DNA from: Azolla caroliniana
Lineage: Eukaryota > Plantae > Polypodiophyta
Length of the DNA: 64,000 nucleotides
Direction of reading: 5' to 3'
Assembly: GCA_043228905.1 (NCBI GenBank)
Contig: JBHGNT010000013.1
Location: forward strand, 19,406,001-19,470,000
The notes under the pieces are model-generated. The model worked only from the letters and a program-made list of their open reading frames with translations. It did no database searches and was not told the origin of the DNA. A program made the position numbers and the translations under genes. Below are positions 27,490-42,279 of the stretch, one piece after another (the stretch's first letter is position 1; every line of letters starts with the position of its first letter).

Positions 27490-27670
27490 TTTAGTCTACA
27501 AATTTCATGAGCACCTACAATATCTCTTCCAGTTTCGCCAATATCCATCGAACTTTAAAAGTATCCCATCCAAGCGCTGGTTTAGTCTACATATTTCATG
27601 CACACCCTACAATATCTCTTCCACTTTCGCCAATATCCATCGAACTTTAAAAGTATCCCATCCAAGCGCT
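27490..27670. repeat. 2 x ~91-bp tandem repeat in the AMT1 upstream region, flanked by poly-C/poly-G and CA/GA microsatellites
   Basis: TTTAGTCTACA...TATCCCATCCAAGCGCT at ~27490 and ~27581. Confidence 0.9.
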
Positions 27671-27699
27671 CAAAGCACACATATCAACATATATTATTC

Positions 27700-27748
<49 letters not shown>

Positions 27749-30700
27749 TGTAAAGCAGCAACTTCCTTACAAATATAAATAGGAACATCTTCCATTATAT
27801 CTCATCACATAAAACTTGGGACGATTCTCTCCCGCCACATACATTTATCTCTTATCTAAACTCTAGCGAAAAAGGATCCCATTGCTTCATATATATGCCA
27901 ACGTCATTCTCAAAACAAATCCATCCAATACACTTGTTAGGCTTCTCAACACCGACACAAGTGAGGCACATCACGGAATGCGAGCCAATATTTACCTTGT
28001 CAATGTCATTTTAGTTCATTGTCCCCAATTGTAAGTACGATGAATGATTACTATCATCATTATCGTTAGAATATATCCCTTTTGTTGTTGTATCTCTAGA
28101 CAACCTTGAGTATATGTATAAGGCATATATGCCAAATGAGGACTTTCCATAACTACTTTAAACTACCCTAGGACCCCTCAAGGTTAGAAAGACTAGAGGT
28201 GAGCTTGGTATCCTTAGTTTGTCATCAAAGGTAAATTTACACACAATCAACCCTAAGAAGCCCAACGTCCTTATGAGAGCCATGACACACGATGTAATCG
28301 TTGACTTTCAATTCCCCTTTTCTTTTAGTATTAAAAGGTTGTATGGCATCACAATAAGGGTGTATTACTTTGATGATGTAACTAGCATGCATTTGGTCTG
28401 CATACAAAAATTGTATATCTAATTTTAAAACATGTTCTATTGCCAATGATCCCCTACAAGTTACGTTGTAAAATCTCTCAACAATCTCTTTTCATTATCA
28501 TAACCAATACACTACAGTTAGGATTCAAAACCAACCATTGCAATAGCACTATTGGTGCCTATGCCTACAATATTGTGTAGTGGTATCTCCACAACTCATA
28601 GAGAATCCATTAATGTATCATAAACTTATGTGCTAAAGTGCAATTTTGGTTTATGACTATTCCATAACTCTTGCCTCCGTTATCAATTATCAATGACGTA
28701 AAGTCAAATTAGCATATATCATTGTCCTCATTATCATTCCCTTTATGCTTATAACTTTATCCACCTAGAAAGTAGAATGAATAATATGGTCAAGGTCAAG
28801 GTTTACACATATCCTCATTTTACTTTTGCCATTATACATATTTTATTGCTCTTTTCAAACTCCTTTAGCAACTTTATATTCATCAACGTCTACATACAAC
28901 CATAATCCTCATGTATCGCTTCCTTGATGAATTAATTGTGCTAGAAAAAAATCTCTCGTAAATCTTTATATGAAATATTGTGACCTTACCCTCCCAAGTA
29001 GCGACTGGACCTAAGGATCCAACCACTTGACTAGGAATTTATGATGATCTTTATAAAGGTTTGCTTTCCTTATGTATTTGAAACATGTATTGTTTGTGTA
29101 GGAGCAAAATAATTAACGAGCATCAGAAAAACTTGGCCAAAACTACAATTGCCTGATTGAGATCAGTTTGGGATAATGGAATTTTGTAGTTAAAACATTG
29201 TGAATATCATGGAATACTATTCTTAAAGATGGCTAACGTAAATTTTTTAGGATAAACCTTTTTTTATGAAGGTGAACCCAACTTATATGCCATTTCCCGA
29301 TTTTGCTTGAGATTGGGAAATAGGCCACAATTGTCACGTTCAAAACCTAGAAACTTCTTTGCCAATCCTTAAACTTTTAGGATCCCTAGAAACATTGACA
29401 TAATTCATCTCCTCAATGGAAATACTCAAGTCCCTTAGTGACCAACTTTGACACACTTGGCTCCTTTGGCTTTGATTTAAAAATATGGCATTCAAATACA
29501 AGAGCGAATAATAAGATTGTTGGCACGCGTGAACATACTATGTTTTGAGGGGTTTGAGGCCCCTTTTGTTCTCAAAACAAAATGTCCTTCCATTAGTTTA
29601 AAAAAAACATATCAACTACAACATACAAAATAGATGGAAAGGAAATTATTATCGTTCCTAAGCCCTCTTGTGCAAGACAATGGCTAGCCATGGATCCCTC
29701 GTTTAACTGAGCTGAGGAAACGAATCTATATACATCCAAAGTAGAGGAAAACAACCAACTAAACTGGGAGAAAACTTCCACATTATCTTGCAATATGTCA
29801 ATCGAAAGATAGGAATGCAACTCCAAAGCTTCCGAAAAGTTATTTTTAGTATCAATCCATAATCCGTACGTGTAGGAATATTATCATTTTCAGCTTTTAA
29901 TGAACTCATCAATTCTAACGAAACGAAAGTAATGGTTTCTTGGACCAACATTATTTGACCCTGAAACATCCACACACATTATGTTTTCCGTAGAGATTGA
30001 GGCCCCTTTTATATGTTTGATTAAACAAAACACTTAATACTTCTACAACCATACACAATGATGACACAAAGAAATCCTTCCCACAAGGAGTGGCAATGCA
30101 AGCAAAAAAACTTGTTCTTGAAACAATAAACAATCCCTAGCTATGGGTTTGAGGCCCTTGTAATATGGTTAATTTAAAAAAACACTTAATACTTCTACAA
30201 TCATAACACTTCAAATATATGATATAAATTATAACGCTTTTGCTTACACATCCGATATCTTGTGGTTGAAAGTTTTGTAGTTTTACAAACGCATAAACAC
30301 GATGGTGGCACACGGAAATCCTTCCCACGAGAAGTGGCAATGCAAGCAAAAAAAACTTGGTCTTCAAACAACAAACAATCCATAGATATTGAGTTTGGCA
30401 ATCCATTTTATGCAAAGATAACGAAGTGTTTAGATAAATTACATGAGTTGTCTTCTTCTTCTTGCATGAAGAACAATCTGTGTGTCCCATGAATGGTCGC
30501 ATTACACGCAAATCTTTACAACCAATGCATATATAACCCCTTTTGACATGACAATGCAAGTGAAAAAATTAACACTGAGAAACAAAATAATCCATCATAT
30601 TGAGCAACAACAAAGCGACTCAACAACCTAAAGACTTCCTTTGAGGTTCAATAACCGAGTTTATCCCTCATTAAGGTATTTGGAATCCTTCATCTACTTA

Positions 30701-33179
30701 GTAGATACTAGAAATGCACTCCTACTCCACTCCTTAAGGGGAAATTTATTGTTCAAAATATTGCACACACAGTTTTACATGGTCAAACATTACCTTCTTT
30801 CTTTAAAGTATATTCATACCTTAAATTATGTTCCTCTTGCATGTTAAGAGTTAGGTTAGTGACGAAGCCTCACAAATTCATCTGATGACAAGGGCAACTC
30901 ACATATAATCATTGAGGAAAGAATCATTATTTGAAGATAGAAGATCACTTGCTTGAGCTATAATAACTCATTTGAAACCTTTGTGTATCCCATGTGAGTA
31001 CTCGGAAATAGGTGCAACAACATTAGCATTAGGTAATTGAAGCGATTCCATACTTTATTCTTGAGGTCGAGAATTGGATGATCTAAATATGAGTGACAAT
31101 ATGTCCAATAACCCTAAATACGAACTAGAAATAAAATACACAACCCATATTACACTTGGAGAATTACCATCATCATGGATATAACAATATATCATTTGAA
31201 TTAATCATAGAACATGCATGGCCAATGGTGGTTTAGTTGCATCTCTTACGCAATGTGTGAAATGCTTAATTTTGCTTGCTTGACAAAAGTAGGCCCAACA
31301 TACATTCTTTTACATATGTATTGCATGGATATGTACCAATGCTCACCCAAAATATGGAAACATGGAAAATCCTCTTGACACATCCCCAATGTCCCCTAAC
31401 ATGTGTAGTACTCACATTTGTTTGCATGGCAAATAATGTACCATGAGTGTACATGCACCATGTATTAGAATGATAAAGAACCATGACTCAACCTTTACCT
31501 TGAATCAATACACTCCACTATTGTTGGTCATCCAATATGATCGATTACATTTATTTAAATGAAGACACATGCTCATAATCATGGTGGTGTGAATGATCCC
31601 ACATTTCTATGAGTATTGAAATATGTTGGCCTTCTTGAATCCATGTAACCTAGGTTGGTTGATGTTGTACTTATTCTCCCATCTAAAACACAAAAGAACC
31701 TTGACATATTGGCAAAAACCTTGTAACATACTTGTAGCAACCCAACGTGTTGTGTACTTGTGGCACTATTATACCAAACATTAAACTTGGCGTATAATAT
31801 GTTAGTACACGCTAAAATAAAACAATTAACTTATATGTGACTCAAGTATGATGTTTAATCTTGAACCTTGGTCTCGAGTTGAATCTAAGCATGATTCACT
31901 TAATCACCTACTTTTTGTTTTTACATTTTGTTGAAAGCTCGATGTATGTATCCAATTGATAAATGTTTAAGTTTAATGGTATTTTTTCCCAAAGAAAGGG
32001 TGCTTCTCATTAGTTAGGTAAAGTGTCTTTATAGTCCGATATGTACACTCGTAATGTAATCATAGACACTTAACAGTTCTATCTACCACATTACCCTATT
32101 TGGCACACTCCTCTCTATTTAACATTGAACTCCCCTAAAACATATATTCATCACGAACAACAAAAATATATTGTAATCTTCATATATTCCAGGACCACCA
32201 GTTTGTGTTGATTGTCCGCAAAATTTCTGAAAAATACCATGTACCTTCTTGGTTGGGTTGCCAAGGTGGATACAACCATTTAGGTGCGGTGTAACACCAC
32301 TTTGGCACGCCATTAAAGTTAAATGGTTAATCTCTATAAAAGAGGATCGTTTATACAAATTAAAATATTATGTGTAAGTTTGCAATGAGGCAAAGACTAT
32401 ATTGATATAATTCATCTTATCCTAAAACTACATTTTAGATAGAAAGGAAACATATTTTATCAAGGTTGTATGAATTGACACTAACCTTATGTAGCACCAT
32501 TCTTAGATTATATTGCTTGCAACAATTTCCCTCTAGCCAAATTGACTTGTTTTTTAATCCATTCCCATCCATATACTTTCTTTGTTTTAGAATCTTTTCG
32601 AAATGTTTGTTGATGTTCGAAGATCATGACTACTCATGCGAAGGAGGGTGCTTGATCTTCTACGATTAAATGGTAAGGGGAGTAGAAGATGTAGTTGGCC
32701 AAAATCACACCACTCCATGGGATGAGATTGTCCCAAGTGTCGCTCATGTATGTATGTTCTTTTAGAAACAAGCTCGTATATGAAGTTGACATAATGGGAT
32801 TTAGAGGTGCTTGATCTAGAAAGGTATTTGCCACGTAGGATTCCGCTAGATGAAGATGAATTGAAAGGTGGAAGCTTATAGTAAAAAGAAGCATCGAGCA
32901 CTTAGTCAATTGTTATGAACATATACCAAAACTCCAAAGTCATGATAGAGATTTAAATGCATGACCTCTTTAGAGAGGTGTAACCTTAACCACTAAGATA
33001 GAGCATATCATACATATATCTTTATAACTTTGATTAGATCATTGAGAATATATATGTAATATTATGAAATGTCGTCACCTCGCACAGGCTAATGAATGAT
33101 CATCAAATGTCATGCTTGCATGAATTCCAAGTGGCATGCTCACATGAATGGCGATAGAACAAGGTCATTGACTACAAAA

Positions 33180-35130
33180 GATGGGGTATCTTGGCAATGG
33201 TGATCAACATAATAGAGAAAACTTGTGTTTGGATCTTGAGAAAGCATTGCTAAAGGTTGGGGCCTATGTGAATCTTCTCAATGGGGGTTTCAACACAAAT
33301 TTATTCCATTCCATCATATCTCGAGGTAAAGAAAGACCATTGAGGATGAGTGTTATGCCCATCATATATTTAATCATGTTGCGTGTTTGGGTTAAATATA
33401 GATACCTTAAAAATAGAGATTTAAATATGTTTCTTGGATTTCCCATTCAATGAGGAATTGTGAATTTAAACTTTAAAAAAAAACTTAACCATCTTAATGG
33501 GAAGTGAGTTCGTCTCATGAAGTAGGAGCATTTAAGTCATTGTAGCTTGACTTGAAGAAACTTCGCTAAGAACTTGTATGGATATTTTCAACATCTTTTC
33601 GAGTGGACTTAAAAGGGTGTTATTACCCTGCACTTCAACTTCATGAGAAACGATGGTTGGAGAGGGGGGGGGGGGGGGGGAGTGAGGCAATATTGAATTG
33701 GTGATATTATATTGTCATTACTACCATGGACCATGAAGGCTCTGCATTCTGTTATGTAACCTCTTCAATAATTATTGTGAACAAAGATGGATAAGATGGG
33801 GATCACATAGTTTGCATGGAACCATTTAACAACCCCTAAGCCCTTTGGGGAAGTTGCAATATTGGACTTACATACAAATATGATGGCTCGTAGAATTTCA
33901 TTTGCAAGATATGTGTTCACAATTGCAACCAGGGATATCTATTTTTCAATATTTCATTGAGAAGGTTGGTGTAACACATGGGCAATTACTTAATGGAATC
34001 ATAGTGGCAATTACTTAATGGAATTATTCCATTTAAAATTCCGCAGTCTTCATTTGAAACTTCTAATGGCATGAAGAGCTCTCATTCTCTATATAAGCAC
34101 CTCCTCTAGTAGAGAGCATTGTAACACTTGCAAAAGAAGTTACTCTTATCTTCTTAATTATTACATTAACATAGAATCGAGAGGTTGTTCTCTTAGTTTA
34201 TTCAATTGTTTTTTGGGTGGTTAGAAAGGTCGGAGATGTAGTTGATGCTCAAAATCATATATTTTTAGATTTTGTTGAAGCACGACAACAGTTATGCATC
34301 CCACCCAATTAGGGGTTTATTTGGTAGCAACTATACATTGTAACATTTACGCAATGTCCTTTACATATATAACCTAAAGACCAATCATGGGTTTATTAGC
34401 GTTTACAAGGTCATAGCCAATGTCTACAAGTGACTACTAATTTCATGTACCATTGCTCCATTGTGTCTCTTCGATGGCTATAATCTAAGATTGAAGAAGA
34501 ATTCAAGGTATTGATTTTGATTATGGATGGTGGCAAATCTTGAAACATAGTTGTCATCAAAATTACCACTTGTAGTAAAGGTCTTCATTTAGATAATATT
34601 GATTGGAGGTTTACCTTTCATTTAGCACTAAAGAGACGTCTATGCAACATGCAATTGTTTCTTTTGCACGGTCCAAGTGGAAGATAGTACTCATCATTTT
34701 ATACAATGTATGATGTCTATTTAGACTTGGGTTACATTTCTCGGATTTGGCAAGTTTTGTCACATTGTTATTTGATGCAAAGACAAAGGGTGTTTGGATG
34801 ATTCATAAAACTTGACTAAAGATAAGAGACAAAGATTGGGGATTCCATCATAATTCGAATATTAAAAAATGCTTTTGGTTTTGATAGTAGAGATAGTCTT
34901 AGAGCATGCCTAGGAAAGTTGAAGGGCGTATTGATGTGGAAATTTTGTTTCTTGAAAAACGTTGACATTCTTTTCTCGGTGGAGCGTCTGCCTTGTTTAT
35001 TCACAATTCAACATGTTCCACTACCCATGTAGCGGCAATACCACTAAGTTGTAGTACCATTGTAGTGGTTTTCAAGCGCATCTATTGATATAGTTGTGTG
35101 TTCTTACTACGAGGAATATCGTTTTAACAT
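33180..35130 (+). mobile_element. Highly decayed L1-type LINE ORF2 relic; boundaries approximate
   Basis: LCLDLEKA (cf. LDFEKAYD), NGG..F...SRG (cf. ING..S..F...RG.RQG) and FLGFPI (cf. YLGFP) in the 33181 ORF. A weaker zf-RVT-like remnant lies near 34790-34910. Confidence 0.5.
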
Positions 35131-38100
35131 CCATGGGAGACCAATTACGATTTAAATTCGAAGATCCTGTATTTCATATATGTTGGAAGTTTTACCTTGA
35201 CCTTAGGAGGAGATAATATGTGATTTTGTAGAAAGTTTGATTTATACAATGGGTTTAGTTCATGGTAGCATGTTGCCAACATTGGCACTGTTGGTTTAGA
35301 AAGAAATATGAATGAATATTTCAAACTTGTGGAACAATATGATGTAGTAGAACATCAAGTATTGGTTATTTTGATAAGCATAACCCTTCAACATGCTTTG
35401 AATCCATGGGGCCCAACGTGTGTGTTATTTTCACAATGAAGAATTCACAATTAAATATTTGCAAGTTGTGTATTTCCTTTCGTCAACATCCACTCTTGAG
35501 TAAGATTTCAAAACTCATACGTGCATTAAATATTTGCAAATTGTTTATTCTTGTTGGTCAAGGTAAAACATATAATAAATGTACTTGAAGGATACATATT
35601 CTTAGATTAGTTTCCATGGTTCCATGACAATTGAGACCCTACATTTTAGAATTTTCTAAAACACTATGCATATTTCAAGTAAAGTGTGTACTTCCACATT
35701 AGCTTGACTAAAAAATTTCAAGATCATTTGAATCTTCACATGAAAGTTGAGATTAGACCCTGGACTACTTATCACTCAAACTGATTCTATTAACAATGGA
35801 GTTAGAAGTTGAAGGTGAAAAACAATGGGGGTTATGAGATTCTTTGTATATATGTCTAAGCTTTAAGCACCATAAAGTTGGATCTTTATTATTTAATATG
35901 TGTGTAGACATGAGTAGAAATGTGAGATAGATGGAATCTCGATTTCAATATTAAAAATTTGAGTTTAAAGAGAAGTTATTTTTAAAGATGTTTGCTTGGA
36001 GAGTATCATTCCCCAATTTAAAATAAATGAACATTTACAACGAAGATGTTGGTTCATATCCCATTTGATGCATGATGGGTGACGCATTACAACCACAACT
36101 GGGAGAAGGGGTGAGCACCTTTAACATTTCTTCACCTGGCCTTGTTTTACTAACAAGTACTCTTTGACATTAAAAAAGAAACCAATTATCATTACCTTTT
36201 TTCATTGTTGCCTATGAACACAAATGAAACAATATCTCACTTGTGGTCAAGCATTCTCATTAAATAACATCATTGAAGGGTGTAGCTTACTGATTAAAGT
36301 ATTATCTAGATTCTAGATCGCACCCCTTATTGAGCTTGTGGAATTTTAAACATGCAATAGATGAAAATGCATGTACATACATTCACATGCATTCATATGC
36401 ACACACACTTTTATTAAGCAATGCATTATATTGCTTGTAGAGAGCCTCAATGTGAAGTGAAACCCACAAAGGATGTTTAAGACGAAGTGTTATGAAAGAC
36501 AACCCAAGTATTCAAACTCATCGATGAGACTCTAGTAAATGCAAACTTCTAATGATAAAGCTATACACAAATTTATCTTAGTACAAACTTGAGGATTTTA
36601 CATTTAATTTTGTAGCATTCACGAAACATGGAAATATCAATGCAAGGGGAGTAATATCCTTTCAACTTTTCAAAACATTGCCACATGATGTTGCTTAGAA
36701 AGTGGATATACTTTGCATGCTTAAAATAATCATCAACATAGATTCCAAAGAATTAGAAATCTCCCAAGGGTTCAGGTTTGAGAAAGTCTACACAAAAATA
36801 TCAATATAAGGGTAATAATATCCCTATTGTTTTTTAAAACATCTCCTTATGTACGTGGTCGCAAAAACGTGGATATACCCCACATGCTTAAAAAATAATC
36901 GTAAACTCAGATTCCAAAGAGAGTTAGAAATCCCCCAGCGATGCAAAGGATATAACCTTTGGCTATTTCATAAGTCAACCTCTGAATTATAATATTATCA
37001 ACAATATCAGCCCGAGTCCCCACAAAAGTTTTCTCGTAACCTTTGGTTACAATGTCAATGTTATTATTGATTAATTAGTATGCCCTTTTCTAAAAGTCAT
37101 CTCCTTCGTTTGAGGTTCTTTTGAGAAAAAGATAATGAAAACAACCCACATTTCCTTGTCCCTTAACCTTCCACAATTTTCTTTAATTGTCTCCGTCCCC
37201 CGTCCAATTATTGCGGTAAGATCTGTGTTGTGTGGAGCCTCGACATTTGCTCATCCATGCTTTATCGCCTTTAAGACCATTTGGAACCATGGGTTCATAC
37301 TTTCAAAAAGCAAAAACCAGTATGAAATATATCTAAAAAGTGAAGACAATAAGTACATAGGTGGTACACACACTACAGAGCGGGCCTACCTTTTGTACTT
37401 TTAACCTTCGTCGATAACTCTTGATTGTTCTTGAAACCTTTGTATTTTACATTGCATATTTCTCAATAAGACAATCCCATACTTTCTTCCATTTCTTACC
37501 TTTCAAGGTGGCATGTCTCTTCAATTGAGGGTTTTCTCTTTTGAGAAATCTTAAATTAGTAGGAAGTTGGAACTATGCCAGCAAGATAATATAGATAATT
37601 ATTGGCTTTTGGTATGTCATGATAAAACTTCATTTGAAGTAACACGTTAGAAAGCAATATGTGTCTTGACTCTTGACTCTCAAATATTGAGATCGTTTTT
37701 GTGAGATTAATAACCATGGGTACCTTGAACATGTATGTTACATATTCTTTTTAGTGTTTGACACAAATTTGTATTTTAAGTAAGTAAATCATTGTAACAT
37801 TAATATGATAATTAATTTGTAACCTTTTAACTATATAATTTTGGTGTTCCCAATGTGGAATAATTAATTTGAAATTGTTTGCAAGTCCTAAGTTACGCAA
37901 TTGTGAGCTTCACAAAGAAACAAGTATAATAGGAAAGCTCTAAATTAATCTACACTTAATAGAATGCCTTTGATTATCTAGAACTACACCATATATTTAT
38001 TTCCCGCCAACATCATGTAGCATAATATCTTCCATTGTCAAGGGGTTGTGTAGTGTGATGTTCACAATCAACATTTCAAGGAAATCAAGCAAATTTGTGT

Positions 38101-39871
38101 GAAATGTGAACATTCCATTCTCATAGGGTGAGCACATTTTTTTACATTTGAGAAGGTGAACTAACCTGCACTTATGGATTGAGCACAACTTCCTAGTGTT
38201 TAATGCTAATATCTGCAGTCTTTTTTGCATTGTAGTATTTCCTTCAAGAAACACAACTTTGACTTCAATGCGTAACAAGTTGCATTTGCAGCCATTTCAA
38301 TTAGGAATCCTTTAAGGCACATCGATACAGACAAATTGATCCCTCAAATATGTTTATAATTATCATGTTGTACACTCATGCTCATCTATATTAATTTATG
38401 AAGTCTGTAGAATAAAAAACAATGATTCAAATCAATGGGTTTGGGGCTCTAGTGACAACTATATGAGGAATCCTTTATGCACACTGAAGTGCACAAGTTG
38501 TACCCTCAATATACTTATAATTATCAATTCATGTGCCCACGTTCATTCAACTAATATTAAATTTAGAAGTCTATGAGAAATAAATAAGCAATAATGATTG
38601 AATGCATTGTTACAAAATAAGCAATTTGGGGTGGGTTTGGAATTTGTGTTTGGAAATGATCATAGTGATGATATTCATTAGGAGTCCATCGATTATCTTG
38701 TCGCCGAGTCACATCTTGAAATGCAGCTGTTCTGTTTTTATTTATTTATTAGATCCGTGACATGGATTATCATTCTGTCTACGTGAGACATTTAAAATGT
38801 TAACCACAATATGTTAACCAGATCTAGATTATTCCTTGCCATCAAAACTTCATTGAGAATAACAATATTGTAAAACTTTGCTAATAATATATTTAAATTT
38901 TTGAATATCAATCATGTATTGTCTTGAACATATATAATTGATGTCTACGTGGATTCTAGTTTCCTTATTCACTGTCTTCATGGCTTAGGATTTGAAGGGC
39001 ACGTGTACTCATTTAGAAGGGCAAATACGATGTTATGCTCCTACATTGAATGCTTTAAAAATGTCATACTTTAGTTTCAAAGTTAAAAAACAAACGTCTT
39101 CATATTTGAATGGCAATCTCCAAATTGCAAGGAAAACAAAATCAGAAAGCCTGTTATTCACAAGTTTTATGAAGGAAAAGGTCTCCAAATTGAACACGTG
39201 GCTTGTTATTTGGAGTTGTTGGTTAAAAAGCTCACGTTTTTTGATAACTAATGCAAAGTAGTGTTTATTTTGGAAAAAGAAGGTCACATTTTCCTTCTTT
39301 TACAACCCTACAAAATTATAAACATCAAAGCAAATATACATTAAGAGACATTATTTCTCCTACACAAATACTATAACGGAGAGGTGGTTGCAAAACATGA
39401 CCAATAGTTAAAAATTCCATTCTATTTACTAAAGCTGATCCAAGTTGCACATTTTGCCACATACTAAGGGGTCATTATTTTAAACTATTTCATTTTCCTT
39501 GCCCAAAAGTTTTAATACAAGATGATATAGAGAAATTGCAAATAAGAAACCATTTGTTTTGTTTTTCTAATACATAAATGCAAATTTTAGTACATTTCCT
39601 TGGAAATTATTTATGATGCTTACAAGTATCATTAGGATCTAAATTTAAAAAGCCAATTTGTATTCAACTGTTTATGTTTTTTTTTGTTCAACAAAGATAC
39701 ACCTTAGTATATTACTTGAGAAATGCACATATAGAAAACAGAAGGAGACATTTCATCTCACCTCCATAGAACGTAATATTCGTGTTCGTGCAAGCATTCA
39801 AACGTTTTCAAACGAACACATTTGAAAAGGGAAAAATGCATGGATGCTTCTTTCATTTATTCTCATTACAA

Positions 39872-40225
39872 ATTCAGCTCGCCCTAGTGGTAAGGAGTCA
39901 TGCTATTGCTATCTATGTCTTGGGTTCAAATCCCAGTCTTTTAATCTCTCTCTCTCTCATTAGTACCGTGTCATAGCAAATTTTTATGTTAGTGTTGTCA
40001 TAGTTTTTTTTTAAAATTTTCCTATTATTAGAACTAAGTACAACCTAGTGGTGAGTTGACGAGCTACTATTACTTGTGTCTTTGGTTCAATACCCAACTT
40101 TCTCATATCCTCTTGTTAGTGTCATGGCAAAATTTTATGTTAGTGTCATGTTCCTTTTTTTCTTTGTTATTAGAAATTAGCTCACCCTAGTGGTAAATTG
40201 TTATGCTACTACTACCTATGTGTGT
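39872..40225 (+). repeat. Tandem array of 2.5 degenerate tRNA-like/SINE-like units (~150 bp)
   Basis: Each unit starts AGCTCGCCCTAGTGGTAA (A-box like). Units 1 and 2 have GGTTCAAATCCC / GGTTCAATACCC (B-box like) and end in T runs. Confidence 0.6.
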
Positions 40226-40429
40226 TTTCGTCATATTCTCGAATATACGTTTTATGGGTTTTTGAATGTTTGATTATAATTTATAATGACATATTTTGAT
40301 TCAATCTCTATAGTTCATACTCATTTTTTTGTAAAGTTCTAAAGTGAGGATGATAGAGATGTCTTGATTCTTAAGAAGCATCCCAATCTACAAGCTATGC
40401 AATAAAAAAGAAGGTATGGCATAATTCCA

Positions 40430-40850
40430 CTTCATACCAGAAGTTGTATCTGAAAATAAGTGAAGCCCTCGCCACAGTTTCTTAAAGTCCACTTGACGTT
40501 GCCTTTGAGCATCAGTTGAACCCTGCAGATCATCATATTGCCCACGTATGGTGTGGACAAATAACAGCTATAATTCAATAAGCATAGTACTAAGATGTAT
40601 GTGAGCATTATTAAAAACAGCCTCACATCTCATTTTCCATATTGTCCAAAGAGCTAATGATGTAATAGTACGCCAAATAACCAAATTTTCAGTCCTAAAT
40701 CGTGGAATAAATGATGGAAATGAAGTGAGATAGATGTACCCATTGGAAAAGTGAAAGACATGAGAAGCATGCATACTTTCATAGTTCATAACATCTCCAT
40801 GAAGGACACCCCATAATATTGCACCCCACGAGAAAATAGAACGAGAATAA
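40430..40850 (-). mobile_element. LINE ORF2 C-terminal fragment
   Basis: IWRTITSLALWTIWKMRC, typical of the region after zf-RVT in plant L1 elements. Confidence 0.6.
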
Positions 40851-42279
40851 TAGTGTTCCCTCTAGGATCCATATTCAACCGTTTTTGTTCCCTCTAGGAT
40901 CCATGACTTGAATAAAAAGCATCACAGTGGCCATTCAAGCATACACGGAGTAAAGGCGAAAATTTCCTTCCAACCATAAAACCACTACAAGTTCTGCCCC
41001 AAGCCAAGGAGCTAGAAGTGAATGAGATGGTCAAAGCTCCATATTGCAACCTTCCAATATCTAGTTCCCCTACTCCATGCCTAAACCTTTCAACCATTAA
41101 GAGATCTCCCCCAATCCCAGGAGTTAGACGAAGGTTGCAACCCCAAATTGCAACCTTCTTGTATCTAGTCCCCTTCACGAATCACACCTGAACCTTTGCA
41201 ACCTTCCAATATCTAGTTCCTCTGCTTCATGCCTGAACCTTTTCGCAAGCTTCACACATGAGCACTATCTATGGTTATATAATAATAACCCTTGAGCTTT
41301 CTCATTATGCACAATTGTTAGGTTGAGAATACCTTAGTCTTACACCCCCCCCCCCCCCCCCCCCACCCAAATGGTGGTGATATGTTTTCCTTGAAAACAA
41401 ATATTGGGAATCTTTTTTGTCTTCAAAGTAGTTGTTAAAACTTAACTCATCAACATGATGGTTGTTAACACGTTTTAAAAAAAAACTATGTCATTTTTGT
41501 TTTTCATGTTCTTCTAGCATAAATTTTAGCACATGAGTAACTTCTTTTGCAAATTGAGCATTGACAATGTAAAGTCAATAATTTGTAGTACACTCAAAGG
41601 TGAATTGACATACCCACTCTTCCCCAATCTCACCCTTAAACCGCAACATTGATCTAATCCAAAGGAAACCATTTCATAGCATTTGTCATTGGAATGCCCA
41701 TGTGAGAGATAAAACTAAATTGTAAATTACCCTTCATTATCTACGTTATCGCATAAACGCACATACATGATCTACTCGAGTGAGACCATGGGACTTAAAC
41801 CAGGGAGGATCTGATGTCACATGAGAAGACTCTTAAACCCCTCCATAGGTTTCCTTGTGTAATTTTCCCTTCTATGTAAATAGTGCTCACTTGATTGAGT
41901 CAAGAGTGCCTCAGACACGAGAGCTCATTAGAGTCAATGTTAGCTCAAACTCGAAGGCTCATTGGAGTCAAGGCTAGCTCATACTTGAAGGCTTTGTAGA
42001 GTCGAGGTTAGCTTGGATTCGAAGTCACAAATGATGCACTTTTGAACTCAAAATGAGCAACTTAAAACAAGCTCGTTTTCCCTCTTTTTATAGAGAAAGA
42101 GGTACATATTTTCAACATTAAATGTTCACCTACTTTTTTTGCATCAAAAGTGCAAAAGACTAGTTTCCTTATGTGTTGGCCAATACTCAAACTTAAACCC
42201 CTTCACAACCCATAGCCTTACTATTTTGTTATAAACTTCACCTTATCATAACGTTCTTATAAAAAGATAATTGCCATTA

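Noticed and set aside
26990-27778. 262-aa ORF upstream of AMT1
   Set aside because: Made of microsatellites, homopolymers and a tandem repeat, with no protein-like content.
29990-30390. Local degenerate duplications (also ~36640-36940, 41040-41240, 41920-42020, 60715-60955)
   Set aside because: Ordinary short tandem duplications in intergenic or TE DNA with no further structure.
39872-39940. Functional tRNA gene
   Set aside because: A/B-box-like motifs are present, but no consistent acceptor and anticodon stems could be formed.
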